Source of the DNA: an uncultured cyanobacterium
GTDB taxonomy: Bacteria > Cyanobacteriota > Cyanobacteriia > Cyanobacteriales > Nostocaceae
Assembly: GCA_963740315.1 (NCBI GenBank)
Contig: CAVUDP010000002.1
Span: 2,816,001 to 2,880,000 of the forward strand
Direction: 5' to 3'
DNA length: 64,000 bases
The notes under the pieces were generated by a model. It ran no database searches. It was not told the origin of the DNA and saw only the letters and a list, made by a program, of their open reading frames with translations. Numbering within the stretch: position 1 is the stretch's first letter; the number at the start of each line of letters is the position of its first letter. Shown one piece after another: positions 31,155 to 42,107 of the stretch. Made by a program: the position numbers and the translations under genes.

Positions 31155-31709
31155 CTACTCCCTACTCCCTATTCCCGGATTTTTTAAAACGCTGGGAATC
31201 TGTGCAATTACTCGATTAGCAAGTTCTTCGGGGGTTTCTCCTTCTTGAAGAGTTATTCTTAAATCGGCTAAAGCATAAAGTGATTCTCTTTCTTGCAAAA
31301 TATTACGTATTTTTAATAACGGATCGCTATCTTGTAATAATGGTCTTGTAGTATCTTCTTTTAAACGGTTATATAACAACTCCGGCGTTGCATCCAACCA
31401 GACAATCAACCCGTGATGCAGGTAACTCCAGTTCTCACGCTTTAAAATAATACCTCCCCCAGTTGCGACAGTTAACTTTGTATAAGCGCTAACTTGGGAG
31501 AGAACTTGACTTTCTAATCGGCGAAATTCAGTTTCTCCTTCAGTAGCAAATATTTGATTGATACTTCGCTTGGCAGATGCAACAATAACTTCATCGGTAT
31601 CTACAAACCCATATCCAAGTTCGCTGGCTAGCAAGCGCCCTACCGTAGTTTTACCAGCGCCCATCATGCCAATTAAATAGAGATTAATTCCTTGTAATAA
31701 GTTGTTCAC
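31155..31709 (-). CDS. aroK: shikimate kinase
   Basis: GMMGAGKTT, FRRLE, ATGGG and RPLL. Confidence 0.96.
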   Translation of the reverse strand: MNNLLQGINLYLIGMMGAGKTTVGRLLASELGYGFVDTDEVIVASAKRSINQIFATEGETEFRRLESQVLSQVSAYTKLTVATGGGIILKRENWSYLHHGLIVWLDATPELLYNRLKEDTTRPLLQDSDPLLKIRNILQERESLYALADLRITLQEGETPEELANRVIAQIPSVLKNPGIGSRE

Positions 31710-31745
31710 GACAAAGAAAGATGATTTTTCCTAATTCACTCTACT

Positions 31746-33341
31746 TTAAATTTCGGCATTTAAGCGACTTACTTTCAGATGGTTTTTCAGTTGCTTCTCA
31801 AAAATTGTATGGGCAAATAACAACGAACTTGCTTCATCTTGACTGAATTTTAAATTTTCTTCAATCAGCTTTTCAATCAAATACTCCCTTAACACCGGGG
31901 TTTGGGAAAAACTAGATGCTTGTCTTTCAATCAAACAGCGCCTTTGTAATAACTCTACGGCTTCAAGTATTAATCGCTGCGATACCCTTAACATCAATTT
32001 TTTTTGCAATTTCTGTAAATCAAAATCACTATTAAGAGCTAGCAAGTACATAATCTGCTTTTCTAAAACAGATAAACGGTTAAATTGTTCATCTAAACAA
32101 GAGCGAATATCTCCAAAGACTACCGTTTCCTGTTGAAGAAACTCGTCTATCTTCCCAGCAAACAACTCGTGAATTGTGGTAGCAACTAATTTTATAAATA
32201 AAGGATTTCCTGCATATCGCTGCATTATTTGTTTCGATTCTTCTTCTTTGACGGCAGCGAATCCTTTTGATTTAAGTATTTCTTGACTCTGTAGCTCATT
32301 TAACCCCGTTAATTTCAAGGAGCGAGTGGGTAGAGTTTCTCCTTCGAGAGCAGCAATTTCTTGTGGTTTCTCTCGACTAGTTAACAGTAAACAACTTTGA
32401 TGATGAGACTCTCCCAATCGTTGAATAAATTCCCCAAAGCCTTCATAACCGGGTAAATATTGAATTTGCGGTAAATCTATATTTGAATTACCAATTATAT
32501 TGCCGTTACTCGCTAGTACCCCTGAATAATTGTCCGTATTGTAACTTGAATCACTGTATAAAACTGAATCAAGATGGTCAAAGATAATTAAACAACGAGT
32601 CGATCGCAAACAATTTACTAGTTCAGAAATGCTGCTAGAAACGCTTTTCGTATTAGTAACGGTTTGTGGGGATAAAATTTCTAAAATTTGATTAAAAATT
32701 ACCTTGGGAGATGGAGCAAAGCGTAAGGAACGCCAGATAATATAATCAAAGTCATCTTTAACAAGTTCTGCTAACTTTACCGAAAAAGCAGTTTTACCAA
32801 TTCCACCCATGCCTAAAAGCACTACCAAACGTACTTGCTCTTGCAAAAGCCATTTTTTAACTTGAGTTAATTCGCTCAATCTTCCATAAAATATGCTTGC
32901 ATCTATAGCTTCTCCCCAATCTTGCATGGGAGTAGATTTCATGTTCGGTAGTTCGGTTGTTTTTTTTCTAGTAGAGGTTGCGGATTGAATTTGTAGCCAA
33001 GCTTTTTTATACCCAGCTTTTTCTAGCAATTGAGTTACGCGACTCCAATTTTTTACCTTAACAGAGTCGGAAACTAGTTTGCTTAACATTTCTTCTATAT
33101 ACTTATATAGTCCATTAGAAAGATAAACTCTAACAGTGCTGCTACTACGGGTTTTATAAACTTTACTTGCTATTTCCGCCGGACTAAAACCGCATAGCAA
33201 ACCCCGGAGAAACTTTTTTTCTACAGGTGTTAAAGCTTTTCCTTTTGCAGATGCTAAATCAATGTATAACTTTTCTAAGTCCCAATTGTTTTTCGCTTCA
33301 ATAAATTCCTCTTCTAACTTCCGATGACTACTTGTATTCAT
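31746..33341 (-). CDS. HTH + NB-ARC (STAND) protein lacking C-terminal repeats
   Basis: N-terminal HTH (LRGLLCGFSPAEIA), DWGEAID..FYGR, Walker A GMGGIGKT, LLTSRE and GNPL. Confidence 0.85.
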   Translation of the reverse strand: MNTSSHRKLEEEFIEAKNNWDLEKLYIDLASAKGKALTPVEKKFLRGLLCGFSPAEIASKVYKTRSSSTVRVYLSNGLYKYIEEMLSKLVSDSVKVKNWSRVTQLLEKAGYKKAWLQIQSATSTRKKTTELPNMKSTPMQDWGEAIDASIFYGRLSELTQVKKWLLQEQVRLVVLLGMGGIGKTAFSVKLAELVKDDFDYIIWRSLRFAPSPKVIFNQILEILSPQTVTNTKSVSSSISELVNCLRSTRCLIIFDHLDSVLYSDSSYNTDNYSGVLASNGNIIGNSNIDLPQIQYLPGYEGFGEFIQRLGESHHQSCLLLTSREKPQEIAALEGETLPTRSLKLTGLNELQSQEILKSKGFAAVKEEESKQIMQRYAGNPLFIKLVATTIHELFAGKIDEFLQQETVVFGDIRSCLDEQFNRLSVLEKQIMYLLALNSDFDLQKLQKKLMLRVSQRLILEAVELLQRRCLIERQASSFSQTPVLREYLIEKLIEENLKFSQDEASSLLFAHTIFEKQLKNHLKVSRLNAEI

Positions 33342-33842
33342 TGTTTTTACTGATTTATTTAAACTGGAATACGGCTTATTTTAACTCCAGTTCTAGGTAT
33401 TTTTCTTTAAAGCCAGAATAAATAAAAATGAATTTATAACGAATTTAATAACAGTCGTTAGGTGACTTTTTGGTATTAACTTCGGTATGTTTGAACTTAA
33501 CGGAAACTTAATAAAAGTTTTTTGAAACTTTATGCAATTAATATAAGTCAATAAAACAAGGTTTAGGAAGGCAGGTTCAAGAGCAGTAGTTTTTACTCAG
33601 AGGTAATACTTGCGCTTTTGTCAAGCATTCTGGCTTACTTTTTAGATAACCTTGCTAGATGCCTCGAAAAGTTAAGTTAATTTCACAGCTAGTAAATTTT
33701 AACGGTGTTTAAAATGAGTTCGATTTTCTATTATCTCAAGAAAACGGTTTTATTTATTCCCATATCCGTAAAATTTTTAACCGCTGCATATTTTATCTAA
33801 AAAGGCTCAAATAAATAAATATAGTAGGGCGGAGGCTTTAAC

Positions 33843-34037
33843 ATGACTAGAATTCGTGATGTAGTTCAACAAGCTATAGCAACTGGTTATTTGAGTGTAG
33901 AAGCAGAAAATCAACTGCGCCGATTGTTGACAACTCAGTATGAATGGGAAGATTTTAACGCTTTCGTGGTTCTTCAAGAAGCAGCCATGAATGGTAGAGT
34001 TAAACAAGAATCCCGCGAACGCTGTGAGATTAAGTAG
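33843..34037 (+). CDS. small conserved cyanobacterial hypothetical protein
   Basis: MTRIRDVVQQAIATGYLSVEAE.QLR.LL...LQEA.M.G.V.QESRE, with GGAGG upstream. Confidence 0.75.
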   Translation: MTRIRDVVQQAIATGYLSVEAENQLRRLLTTQYEWEDFNAFVVLQEAAMNGRVKQESRERCEIK

Positions 34038-34070
34038 AATAATACTCGCAAATTTTGACAGACTTATTTA

Positions 34071-34811
34071 TTATCGCGATGAAGGTTTATCATCACCATC
34101 AAAATCCTCGTCGAAAAAGCCCCAATCATCATCATCATTTTCTTTAATCTCTGAGTTATCCGAGGTATTTGAAGTTGTTGATGGATTGCTTGGCGGTACA
34201 ATCACGCGATAATCGGCATCATATACTGATTCTGTTTTTCCTACACCAGAATTTTTTAGTTCGGTTTTATCGTAGGAATAAGAAGAATCAGCGGATTTAT
34301 AATCATTTTCTGGTTCCCGAAAATCTTCGTAGTCTCTGTCATCTTGAATTTTTGTATATTGACGAGAATCAGCCGCAGTATATTCTCTTTCTTCCAACCT
34401 TCGATCGAATTCCCAATCATCACTAGCGTTTTTATCTAAATCCCAATCATCATCTTCAGTATTTTCATATTCCAAAGGTATCTGTACCTTATTTACTGGT
34501 GGTGGTGTTGTTTTTCTTTCTGTAAATACGTTTTCTCTTGGAGTTCTTTTGTCAACGCGAGGGGAATCAGAAGGCGAATATGATGTACGCTCCGGCTTAA
34601 CATAACGGCTTGATAGTTGAAGCAAGCCGCTAATTAATAAAGAAGTGAAAACACCAGCAGCAGTAGCAAACAGCATCCATATTGCTAAAGCAACTGGTTG
34701 ACTCCGTAAGCCCAAGAAGACTAACGGTATAGCAGGAAACCAATTTTGCGCTAATAATAGCGTAAGTCCTCCTAATACTGCTACTAAGAGAATCAAGCGA
34801 ATTACAGTCAT
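34071..34811 (-). CDS. membrane protein, LapA-like N-terminus with acidic DDW-rich tail
   Basis: Two TM helices, SVYDADYRVI and repeated DDW motifs. Confidence 0.75.
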   Translation of the reverse strand: MTVIRLILLVAVLGGLTLLLAQNWFPAIPLVFLGLRSQPVALAIWMLFATAAGVFTSLLISGLLQLSSRYVKPERTSYSPSDSPRVDKRTPRENVFTERKTTPPPVNKVQIPLEYENTEDDDWDLDKNASDDWEFDRRLEEREYTAADSRQYTKIQDDRDYEDFREPENDYKSADSSYSYDKTELKNSGVGKTESVYDADYRVIVPPSNPSTTSNTSDNSEIKENDDDDWGFFDEDFDGDDKPSSR

Positions 34812-34948
34812 AGCAATTAAAAGAAGTATGAAAAATTAGTATTACTTTAAATTAAAACTTGAAAAATAAAAGCTTTGATTTATCGTTATTTCCCATAGAG
34901 GCAGAATCCCAATTAACTTTATACTTTCTATATAACCAATTTTATTAT

Positions 34949-35569
34949 CTATTCACGACCAGACCAGCGTTTAATAGGGACACAATCAATATCAAATTGA
35001 TCTAAACTACGAGCCACAACAAAATCAACCAAATCCTCCACCGTTTGGGGATTGTGATACCAAGCAGGAATTGCGGGAACTATTCTGGCTCCAGCTTCTG
35101 CTAAACTAACTAAATTACGCAGGTGAATCAAACTAAAAGGTGTTTCGCGGGGTACGACAATCAGCTTTCGCCCTTCTTTAAGTTGAACGTCGGCAGCCCT
35201 TTCTAATAAATCGGAACTCAAGCCGTTAGCTAACTTGGCTACAGTACTCATACTGCACGGCATAATAATCATTCCCAAAGTACGAAACGAACCGCTAGCA
35301 ATGTTTGCTCCGACATCACCCCAAGGATGACAGCGCAGTAACCCGGCTACTTCCACTCCGGCTTGCTGTCGCCAAAATTTCTCTTGCGCCTTTGGCTCTG
35401 ATGGCATGGGAGTACTTTGCTCCGATTGCCAAACCATAAAGCTGGATCTAGATGCTACTAATTCGATCGCATATTCTGCTTCTAATAAAAACTTGAGGGC
35501 GCGAACGGCGTAAATCAAACCTGATGCGCCTGAGACACCTAATATTAATGGCTTAGCGTTATTGGACAC
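34949..35569 (-). CDS. ubiX: flavin prenyltransferase
   Basis: GVSGASG, IASGSF, PCSMST, RAADVQLKE.R and PRETP. Confidence 0.95.
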   Translation of the reverse strand: MSNNAKPLILGVSGASGLIYAVRALKFLLEAEYAIELVASRSSFMVWQSEQSTPMPSEPKAQEKFWRQQAGVEVAGLLRCHPWGDVGANIASGSFRTLGMIIMPCSMSTVAKLANGLSSDLLERAADVQLKEGRKLIVVPRETPFSLIHLRNLVSLAEAGARIVPAIPAWYHNPQTVEDLVDFVVARSLDQFDIDCVPIKRWSGRE

Positions 35570-35676
35570 TTGTTTGTATAAGTTGTAAATAAGGGAGTAG
35601 GGAGTAAGGAGTAGGTAATTCCCAATTCCTAACTCCTATGCTCCTAACTCTTAAGAAGCGATTTAAAGACTACAAA

Positions 35677-38004
35677 TTATTCATCTTCATAGTCTTCTAA
35701 ATCTTCTGACTCGTAATGATGCGGTACATAGTAGCTAGTAGAATCCGAGTCGCGATCGTTGGATGAACCATCGCTACCTACAGTTACTAAATCAATTTGC
35801 TGGCGGTAATAATCTACACTCTTAACCTGTACTGATACGCGATCGCCCAGTCGATAAGATGCGCGATTTTTACGACCAAACAACGCTTGCTGTCGAGCGC
35901 GATACTCGTACCAATCATCTTTGAGAGAACTAACGTGTACCAGCCCTTCTACACGCAAAGGTATGTTGCTAATATCTTCGTCTGGGGTTGGTACCTCAAT
36001 TTCTACGAAAAATCCGTATGATTGAACACCAGTAATTACACCACTGAAGACTTCGCCAATCCGCTGCTTCATTAAAGCGGCTCTTTTAAGCCCTTCTAAA
36101 TCTGCTTCAGCTTCTTGAACTTCCTTTTCGCGATCGTTGATTTGGGTAATTACCCTTGTCAAATCGGTTTGTAGTTCTTGCTGTAACTCAGGAGGTAAGA
36201 CGTTCCAGTTAATTTCACCGTGAGAATTACTCGAACGTAAATTTACCCGTTCTTTCACCCTGGTATTGCGGCGATCGCGTCCGTTTTCGATTAAGGCATA
36301 ATATACCCTTTGCATCAGTAAATCGGGATAGCGTCGCAAGGGAGAGGTGCAATGAACGTAACCGTCTGGCAAAGCTAAACCGAAATGTCCTCCTTGATTA
36401 GTAGTGTAAGTAGGAGGTTTAAGAGTATCTTGCAACAAATAAGTCAGAACTTGTTCGGAAGCAGATTCTGCAAACACTTTAGTTAAATGTTGATAATCTA
36501 AAGGTTGAATCTCAATATCATCCGGTAGCGCTAGTTCAACACCTAAATTAATTGCTAATTTGAGCATTTCCTGAACGTCGTCTGGATCGGGTGCGCCTTG
36601 AACCCGCCATATGGCAGGAATAGCCAAAGCATTCAAATGAATTGCCATTAATTGATTTGTTAACAGTACTAATTCCGTTAACAAAGAACTAACTGGCGAA
36701 TCGGTTTGGGTAACGCACCCGCTTGCACCTTCATCGTAGAAGGGGTTTTGTAGAACCGGCAGATTCAACTGCAAACTACCTCTAGCTAAACGTTGCTCTT
36801 TGAGAACTATTGCTAAAGCTTGCAACTGTTGCAGCATTTCTACTACGTCAGGAGATTCTTTTGTTTCACCCGCAAGCACTCCCAAAGCTTGTTTTTGGTT
36901 TAAATCTGTATCAACATTAACTAGGCTGGGTTGAATTTGCCAGTCCAAAACAACCCCGGTTTCCCCATCTAAAGTAATCAGAAAAGAAATCGCCAAACGA
37001 TCGCTTCCGGTAACTAAGGAACTTCTCGCCGCTACAGCATCCGGTAGCATTGGCAATACGAGTTTTCCTAAATAAACGCTTCTTCCCCGCTTCAAAGCTT
37101 CGCGATCCAAAGCTTCATCTGGCAATACGTAATGGGAAACATCGGCGATATGGAAACCTAGCAACCAATTTCCTTCTTCAGTTTCCTCCAACGAGATTGC
37201 ATTTTCTCTAACTTTTGACGAATCCGGGTTAGCCCCGATGCAAATAGTAAACTTGGATGTTAAGTCAAGTCTATTTTTACGGTCAGCTTTGAGTATCCTT
37301 TTGGGCAATTTAGCGGCTGCATCTTCGACATTATCCGAGAAAACACGGGAAAGGTCGTGTTTGCAGGTAACTAAATCGATATCGGCAGCAGCTTCCGCAT
37401 CGCTACCGAGGATTTGTACTACTTTACCCAAAGGTGGATATTGAGCCAGCGGATATCGCAGTACCTGTACGTGAGCCAGATGATCGATTGCATCATCTAA
37501 AGTGACATCATTCTCTCGTAATTTGAGTTCAAAAAGCAGTCGATCGTCTAAAGGTACGGCGCGGAAACCTCCCTCAATCTGCTTAATTCGCGCTAACAAA
37601 GTATGATTAGAACGTTCTAAAACCAGCTTGACTTCACCTTCGGGAGAACGCCTGCGACTACCTTCTTTAAGAACTCTTACCAAAACGCGATCGCCATTCC
37701 AAGCATTGCTTAAATGGCTTTCCCGGATATAAATATCTTCAGCAGCTTCTATATCTTGAATCGCAAAGCAAAAGCCTTTAGAAGAACATCGGAGTTTAGC
37801 TTCGATTAAGGAATCTTCCGAGATACGACGGTACTTACCCCGTTCTTTTGCCAAAATTCCGATTTTTTCTAAAACATCTAAGGCAATTTCCAGTTTTTGT
37901 ATACTGTCATCATCTTCACAACCAAGTTTTTTTTCCAGAAGTTTACGAGCTACCAATTTATCATCAGTAAAATTGGCAAGGAGTGTAGCGATTGAAAATT
38001 CCAT
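35677..38004 (-). CDS. RNase R/RNase II family exoribonuclease (cyanobacterial Zam-like)
   Basis: Cold-shock domain, RNB motifs (HIADVS, TSPLRRYPDL) and S1 domain; probable start MEFSIA at 38004. Confidence 0.9.
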   Translation of the reverse strand: MEFSIATLLANFTDDKLVARKLLEKKLGCEDDDSIQKLEIALDVLEKIGILAKERGKYRRISEDSLIEAKLRCSSKGFCFAIQDIEAAEDIYIRESHLSNAWNGDRVLVRVLKEGSRRRSPEGEVKLVLERSNHTLLARIKQIEGGFRAVPLDDRLLFELKLRENDVTLDDAIDHLAHVQVLRYPLAQYPPLGKVVQILGSDAEAAADIDLVTCKHDLSRVFSDNVEDAAAKLPKRILKADRKNRLDLTSKFTICIGANPDSSKVRENAISLEETEEGNWLLGFHIADVSHYVLPDEALDREALKRGRSVYLGKLVLPMLPDAVAARSSLVTGSDRLAISFLITLDGETGVVLDWQIQPSLVNVDTDLNQKQALGVLAGETKESPDVVEMLQQLQALAIVLKEQRLARGSLQLNLPVLQNPFYDEGASGCVTQTDSPVSSLLTELVLLTNQLMAIHLNALAIPAIWRVQGAPDPDDVQEMLKLAINLGVELALPDDIEIQPLDYQHLTKVFAESASEQVLTYLLQDTLKPPTYTTNQGGHFGLALPDGYVHCTSPLRRYPDLLMQRVYYALIENGRDRRNTRVKERVNLRSSNSHGEINWNVLPPELQQELQTDLTRVITQINDREKEVQEAEADLEGLKRAALMKQRIGEVFSGVITGVQSYGFFVEIEVPTPDEDISNIPLRVEGLVHVSSLKDDWYEYRARQQALFGRKNRASYRLGDRVSVQVKSVDYYRQQIDLVTVGSDGSSNDRDSDSTSYYVPHHYESEDLEDYEDE

Positions 38005-39299
38005 GCACTGAACCGACATAGAGGTCAAAACATCGTTTTTTTAATTGGTTCAACAAATTGCGTATATCCTTACCACATGCAAAGAAGTCCTGTCAGAAAC
38101 GAATTACCCGCCCCTGTGGTAGGAATTACACAATTATTGAGAGAGTTTGTTGGCAAAAAGATCCAACATTATTACCAATCCGAAGCACGCCTGAAATAAT
38201 TATTACTCCGCCCCTCATCAGTTACGAGCAGCGGAGTTATTAATCGGCTACCTTTGAAACAATCAACTTACTAATTTTCCGTTTATCGGTCTGCGGTAAA
38301 CTAGTTCACATTCAATTGTTCAAACGAACTGGTATAACGCCCCAAACTCTAACAATATACTCGGAAAAACTGCTGACGAACCGAATTGCCCCTTATGTAG
38401 AATCGGTAACAATTAGGTCAGCAGCAAAACCGCGCAGTCAGGTGGAACCATTACTTCATTATTGTAGATAAGGAGCGCATTTCCAGAAAATATTTCTGGA
38501 TAGCAATTTGGGTATTTAGTATAGCATCGATAGCAATACTACTAATAATTACTTATTATTCAGCCCAAAAATAACTTTACATATCTATCCTTTTTCTACA
38601 ATCGGAACACTTAAGCAACTTCGGTCTTAAGGCTTTTATTTTAACAGGGGCAGTAATACAATCCGATTTTTTCAGAAAAATTCTCTTTACTATTAGAAAG
38701 GAATACAAGCCACTATAGAAAGTCTTAAAGAACAAGCTACACTAACAGGAGTTGCGGATAGAACGCATTTCATTTATGGCAAGCCTTTGTTATAAATGCT
38801 TCCATACTTAGATGCCGAATCCAGATTTGATGCCGAATCCAGGTTAAATCCAGTAAAAAACAAATGCCTACAGATGCCATAGCGATCGCAGAACCACAGC
38901 CGTCTGCTAGTTTACTACACAGATCCAACTCCGGATATCGATAAACATTCAAAAAAAACGCCCCGACGATAGCCTTGGTATGTTACGGTAGGCAGGCGGT
39001 GCAGCCCCGAACTATTTTTCTGTAACGAAAAATAATATCAAACAGGCTTCATCGGCACCATCGGTAAACACCATAACACATTAAAAGCTTGTAACAAGGT
39101 TTTTGATACTTCATTGGCGATCGATAGAAAAGGAAAAATTGCCCTAAACCAAAATCTTTGATAGTTAATTTAAGTAACATTCAAGTAACAAACTTTAAAT
39201 AATAAATATTTTTGGTTTTCTGGTTGTGGTTTATATAAATTAAATTTGTAACAGCAACCATCTATCCACCATTAGCAGACTTAAATTGGTAAGAGTATT

Positions 39300-40232
39300 A
39301 TGTTGGCTCAATTCCAGAGGTTGTATCCTACAGGTAGCCTAATCTCAGAATTAGTACAAATCTATCACGGTAAATATATTGTCCGCTCCAGCGTACAAAT
39401 AGAAGGCGTAACCCGCGCTACCGGAATGTCAGCAGCTGAAACTATTGAAGAAGCAGAAGATAGATCCAGAACTCGGGCATTAATGGTTTTAGCAATGCAG
39501 GGCGAATCGAACGTAGAAGCAGCAACAATAGAGCAAAAACAAGTAGAGCAAATTGCAACTTCTTCACAACCGAATTTACAGGTATTGTCAAATCGTTCTT
39601 TAACAACCGCAGTTACTGGAAACGAGTATGGGAATACCACCGCTAATCCGACTGAAGTAACGCAAACTCCCGTATCAAACACCCCAGCAGCATCTTCTCA
39701 AGTAACGCAAACTCCCGTATCAAACACCCCAGCAGTATCTTCTCAAGTAACGCAAACGGAAGAATCGCCTACCCCAGAAGTTTTTTCTGAAGATGACAAC
39801 GATTTTTACAGTCAAGACTTCGATACACCATTACCGATTCCCACGTATGACGAGCCAGAGTTTGAGGCACCGATAGAAGATAATCAACCCGACGACGACG
39901 AAGAGAATCAAACCGAACCAAGTGCAAGTAACGTTACTCCAATTAACAAAAGTACAGCTCAAACCACTAAGAAAACAGCAAAAACAAGCACAACAAAAAG
40001 AAAGAAAAAGACCGAACCCGTGGATTTATCAGACGTGATTGCTAAAACCGACGTTGAACTTGAGCGCCTCGGTTGGACTCCACAGCAAGGAAGAGAATAT
40101 TTGATTAACACTTACGGTAAAAGAGGACGTACTTTACTTACCGAAGAAGAATTACTCGATTTTCTTAATTATCTAGAATCTATACCTACGCAAATGAACC
40201 TTTCCCAAACAGATCCACTAGCGGGATTTTAG
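39300..40232 (+). CDS. conserved cyanobacterial hypothetical protein
   Basis: Folded N-terminus, disordered linker with a 45-bp tandem duplication (39657-39746) and a C-terminal RLGW...GREYL..TYGKR.R..LT.EEL domain. Confidence 0.8.
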   Translation: MLAQFQRLYPTGSLISELVQIYHGKYIVRSSVQIEGVTRATGMSAAETIEEAEDRSRTRALMVLAMQGESNVEAATIEQKQVEQIATSSQPNLQVLSNRSLTTAVTGNEYGNTTANPTEVTQTPVSNTPAASSQVTQTPVSNTPAVSSQVTQTEESPTPEVFSEDDNDFYSQDFDTPLPIPTYDEPEFEAPIEDNQPDDDEENQTEPSASNVTPINKSTAQTTKKTAKTSTTKRKKKTEPVDLSDVIAKTDVELERLGWTPQQGREYLINTYGKRGRTLLTEEELLDFLNYLESIPTQMNLSQTDPLAGF

Positions 40233-40322
40233 ATCGGGAATTGGGCATACCCCATGCCCAATGCAAAAAAAATACCCCAAGAATAAATCTAGGGGTAAAA
40301 TAATTATTTTTACTTTCCTACT

Positions 40323-40844
40323 TTAATAAGCGTCCTGCAATTCATAAAAGTCAGGCGAAATGTAATCTTTACGCAAGGGATAGCCCACCCAATCTTCTGG
40401 CATTAAAATTCGCTTCAAATTGGGATGTCCTTCGTAGTTAATACCGAACATATCGTAGGACTCGCGCTCTTGCCAGTCTGCTGTTTTCCAAATCCAGTAC
40501 ACTGAGGGTACTGTAGGGTTTTCGCGAGGCAAGAATACTTTTACACGTACTTCTTCGGGTCTGTCGGCGTTATCACTGATTTTTCCCAAGTGGTACATAC
40601 TGACTAACTGCTCTCCCGGACCTAAATCTATGCCGCATTGACACTGAAGATAATTAAATCCGTAGGCATATAAAGCAGTACAAATAGGTAGAAGAAAATC
40701 CGACTCTACCTTAATTATTTCTACTCCGCTATGGTCTGCTGCTAAAGACTCGTGAGCAAAGTCGTTTTCACTTAACCATTTGGAAACATTACCCGCTTCT
40801 ACGGGGGATTCCTCTAGCTTTTCTGGTTTTGATTCTTCAGCCAC
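40323..40844 (-). CDS. ndhJ: NDH-1 subunit J
   Basis: [27 protein letters not shown]. Confidence 0.97.
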   Translation of the reverse strand: MAEESKPEKLEESPVEAGNVSKWLSENDFAHESLAADHSGVEIIKVESDFLLPICTALYAYGFNYLQCQCGIDLGPGEQLVSMYHLGKISDNADRPEEVRVKVFLPRENPTVPSVYWIWKTADWQERESYDMFGINYEGHPNLKRILMPEDWVGYPLRKDYISPDFYELQDAY

Positions 40845-41556
40845 GTTCTACCTCCTCTTGCTTTTTAGCAGTCAGTAAAGCTGGCGGTATTGGCATACCA
40901 ATGCTTTCGGCTAATTCTTTCGGTGGATTGTCGCGGGTTTCCGAGCGTAAATATTGTCCTGTGAGGATTTCTTCCACAGGCTTCATGCTGTGAGTCGTGC
41001 TGTAATAGCGGTGAGTTTGCTTGATCAAATCTCGCTCTTGCATCGAATCATCAGCAATCTTTTTCCGCAACTTAATAATCGCGTCAATAATCGCTTCCGG
41101 ACGTGGAGGACAACCAGGTAAATAAACATCTACGGGAATCAGTTTATCAACTCCTCGAACTGCTGTAGGAGAATCGACGCTGAACATACCGCCGGTAATC
41201 GTGCAAGCACCCATAGCAATAACATACTTGGGGTCTGGCATTTGTTCGTAAAGACGCACCAACTGGGGTGCCATTTTCATCGTGATAGTACCGGCTGTGA
41301 TGATTAAATCGGCTTGACGAGGACTAGAACGAGGAATTAAACCAAAACGGTCAAAATCGAATCGAGAACCAATTAAAGCCGCAAATTCGATAAAGCAGCA
41401 AGCAGTACCGAACAACAAGGGCCACAAGCTAGAAAGCCGCGCCCAGTTGTAGAGGTCATCAACGGTAGTTAAAATGACATTTTCCGATAATTCTTGAGTA
41501 ACGCTAGGGCGCTGTACCGGATTAACTATACGTTCTTGTGTATTATCTAAGACCAT
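40837..41556 (-). CDS. ndhK: NDH-1 subunit K
   Basis: GTACCFIE and PGCPPRPEA. Confidence 0.98.
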   Translation of the reverse strand: MVLDNTQERIVNPVQRPSVTQELSENVILTTVDDLYNWARLSSLWPLLFGTACCFIEFAALIGSRFDFDRFGLIPRSSPRQADLIITAGTITMKMAPQLVRLYEQMPDPKYVIAMGACTITGGMFSVDSPTAVRGVDKLIPVDVYLPGCPPRPEAIIDAIIKLRKKIADDSMQERDLIKQTHRYYSTTHSMKPVEEILTGQYLRSETRDNPPKELAESIGMPIPPALLTAKKQEEVERG

Positions 41557-41909
41557 TCCAAAGCTCCTTTACGCCATGCGTACACTAGGGCAACTACGAG
41601 AATTCCTATAAAAACAAGCGCTTCAATAAACGCGAGCAAACCCAGACGATGGAAGGCAACAGCCCAAGGATATAAGAACACGGTCTCAACATCAAAGACC
41701 ACGAACACCAGCGCAAACATATAGTAGCGAATATTGAACTGAATCCAGGCTCCACCAATTGGTTCCATGCCGGATTCGTAAGTGGTGCGTCGTTCGGGAT
41801 TGCGACTGCTCGGTCGCAAAAGTTTGGAAGCAGATAAAGCTAGTGCAGGCACCAAGCTGCACACTATTAAGAAGCCTAGAAGGTATTCGTAACCGAAGAG
41901 GACAAACAC
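41547..41909 (-). CDS. ndhC: NDH-1 subunit C (3)
   Basis: [19 protein letters not shown] and WRKGALEWS. Confidence 0.98.
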   Translation of the reverse strand: MFVLFGYEYLLGFLIVCSLVPALALSASKLLRPSSRNPERRTTYESGMEPIGGAWIQFNIRYYMFALVFVVFDVETVFLYPWAVAFHRLGLLAFIEALVFIGILVVALVYAWRKGALEWS

Positions 41910-42107
41910 AATAAATACAAATCCGTTATTAACGTAGAAACTTCGTAATTTTCTTTTACATTCTTACATTATATCGATTTGACGGTTCTAGAACCTGTCA
42001 AACAAACCCGGAGATTTCGATTTGATTAGTTTTTGCTTTTCAAAGAAATATCTCATAATTATGTCATAATTTTTAACGTATATTTAAGCTTTGCCTGGTG
42101 TGGCATC

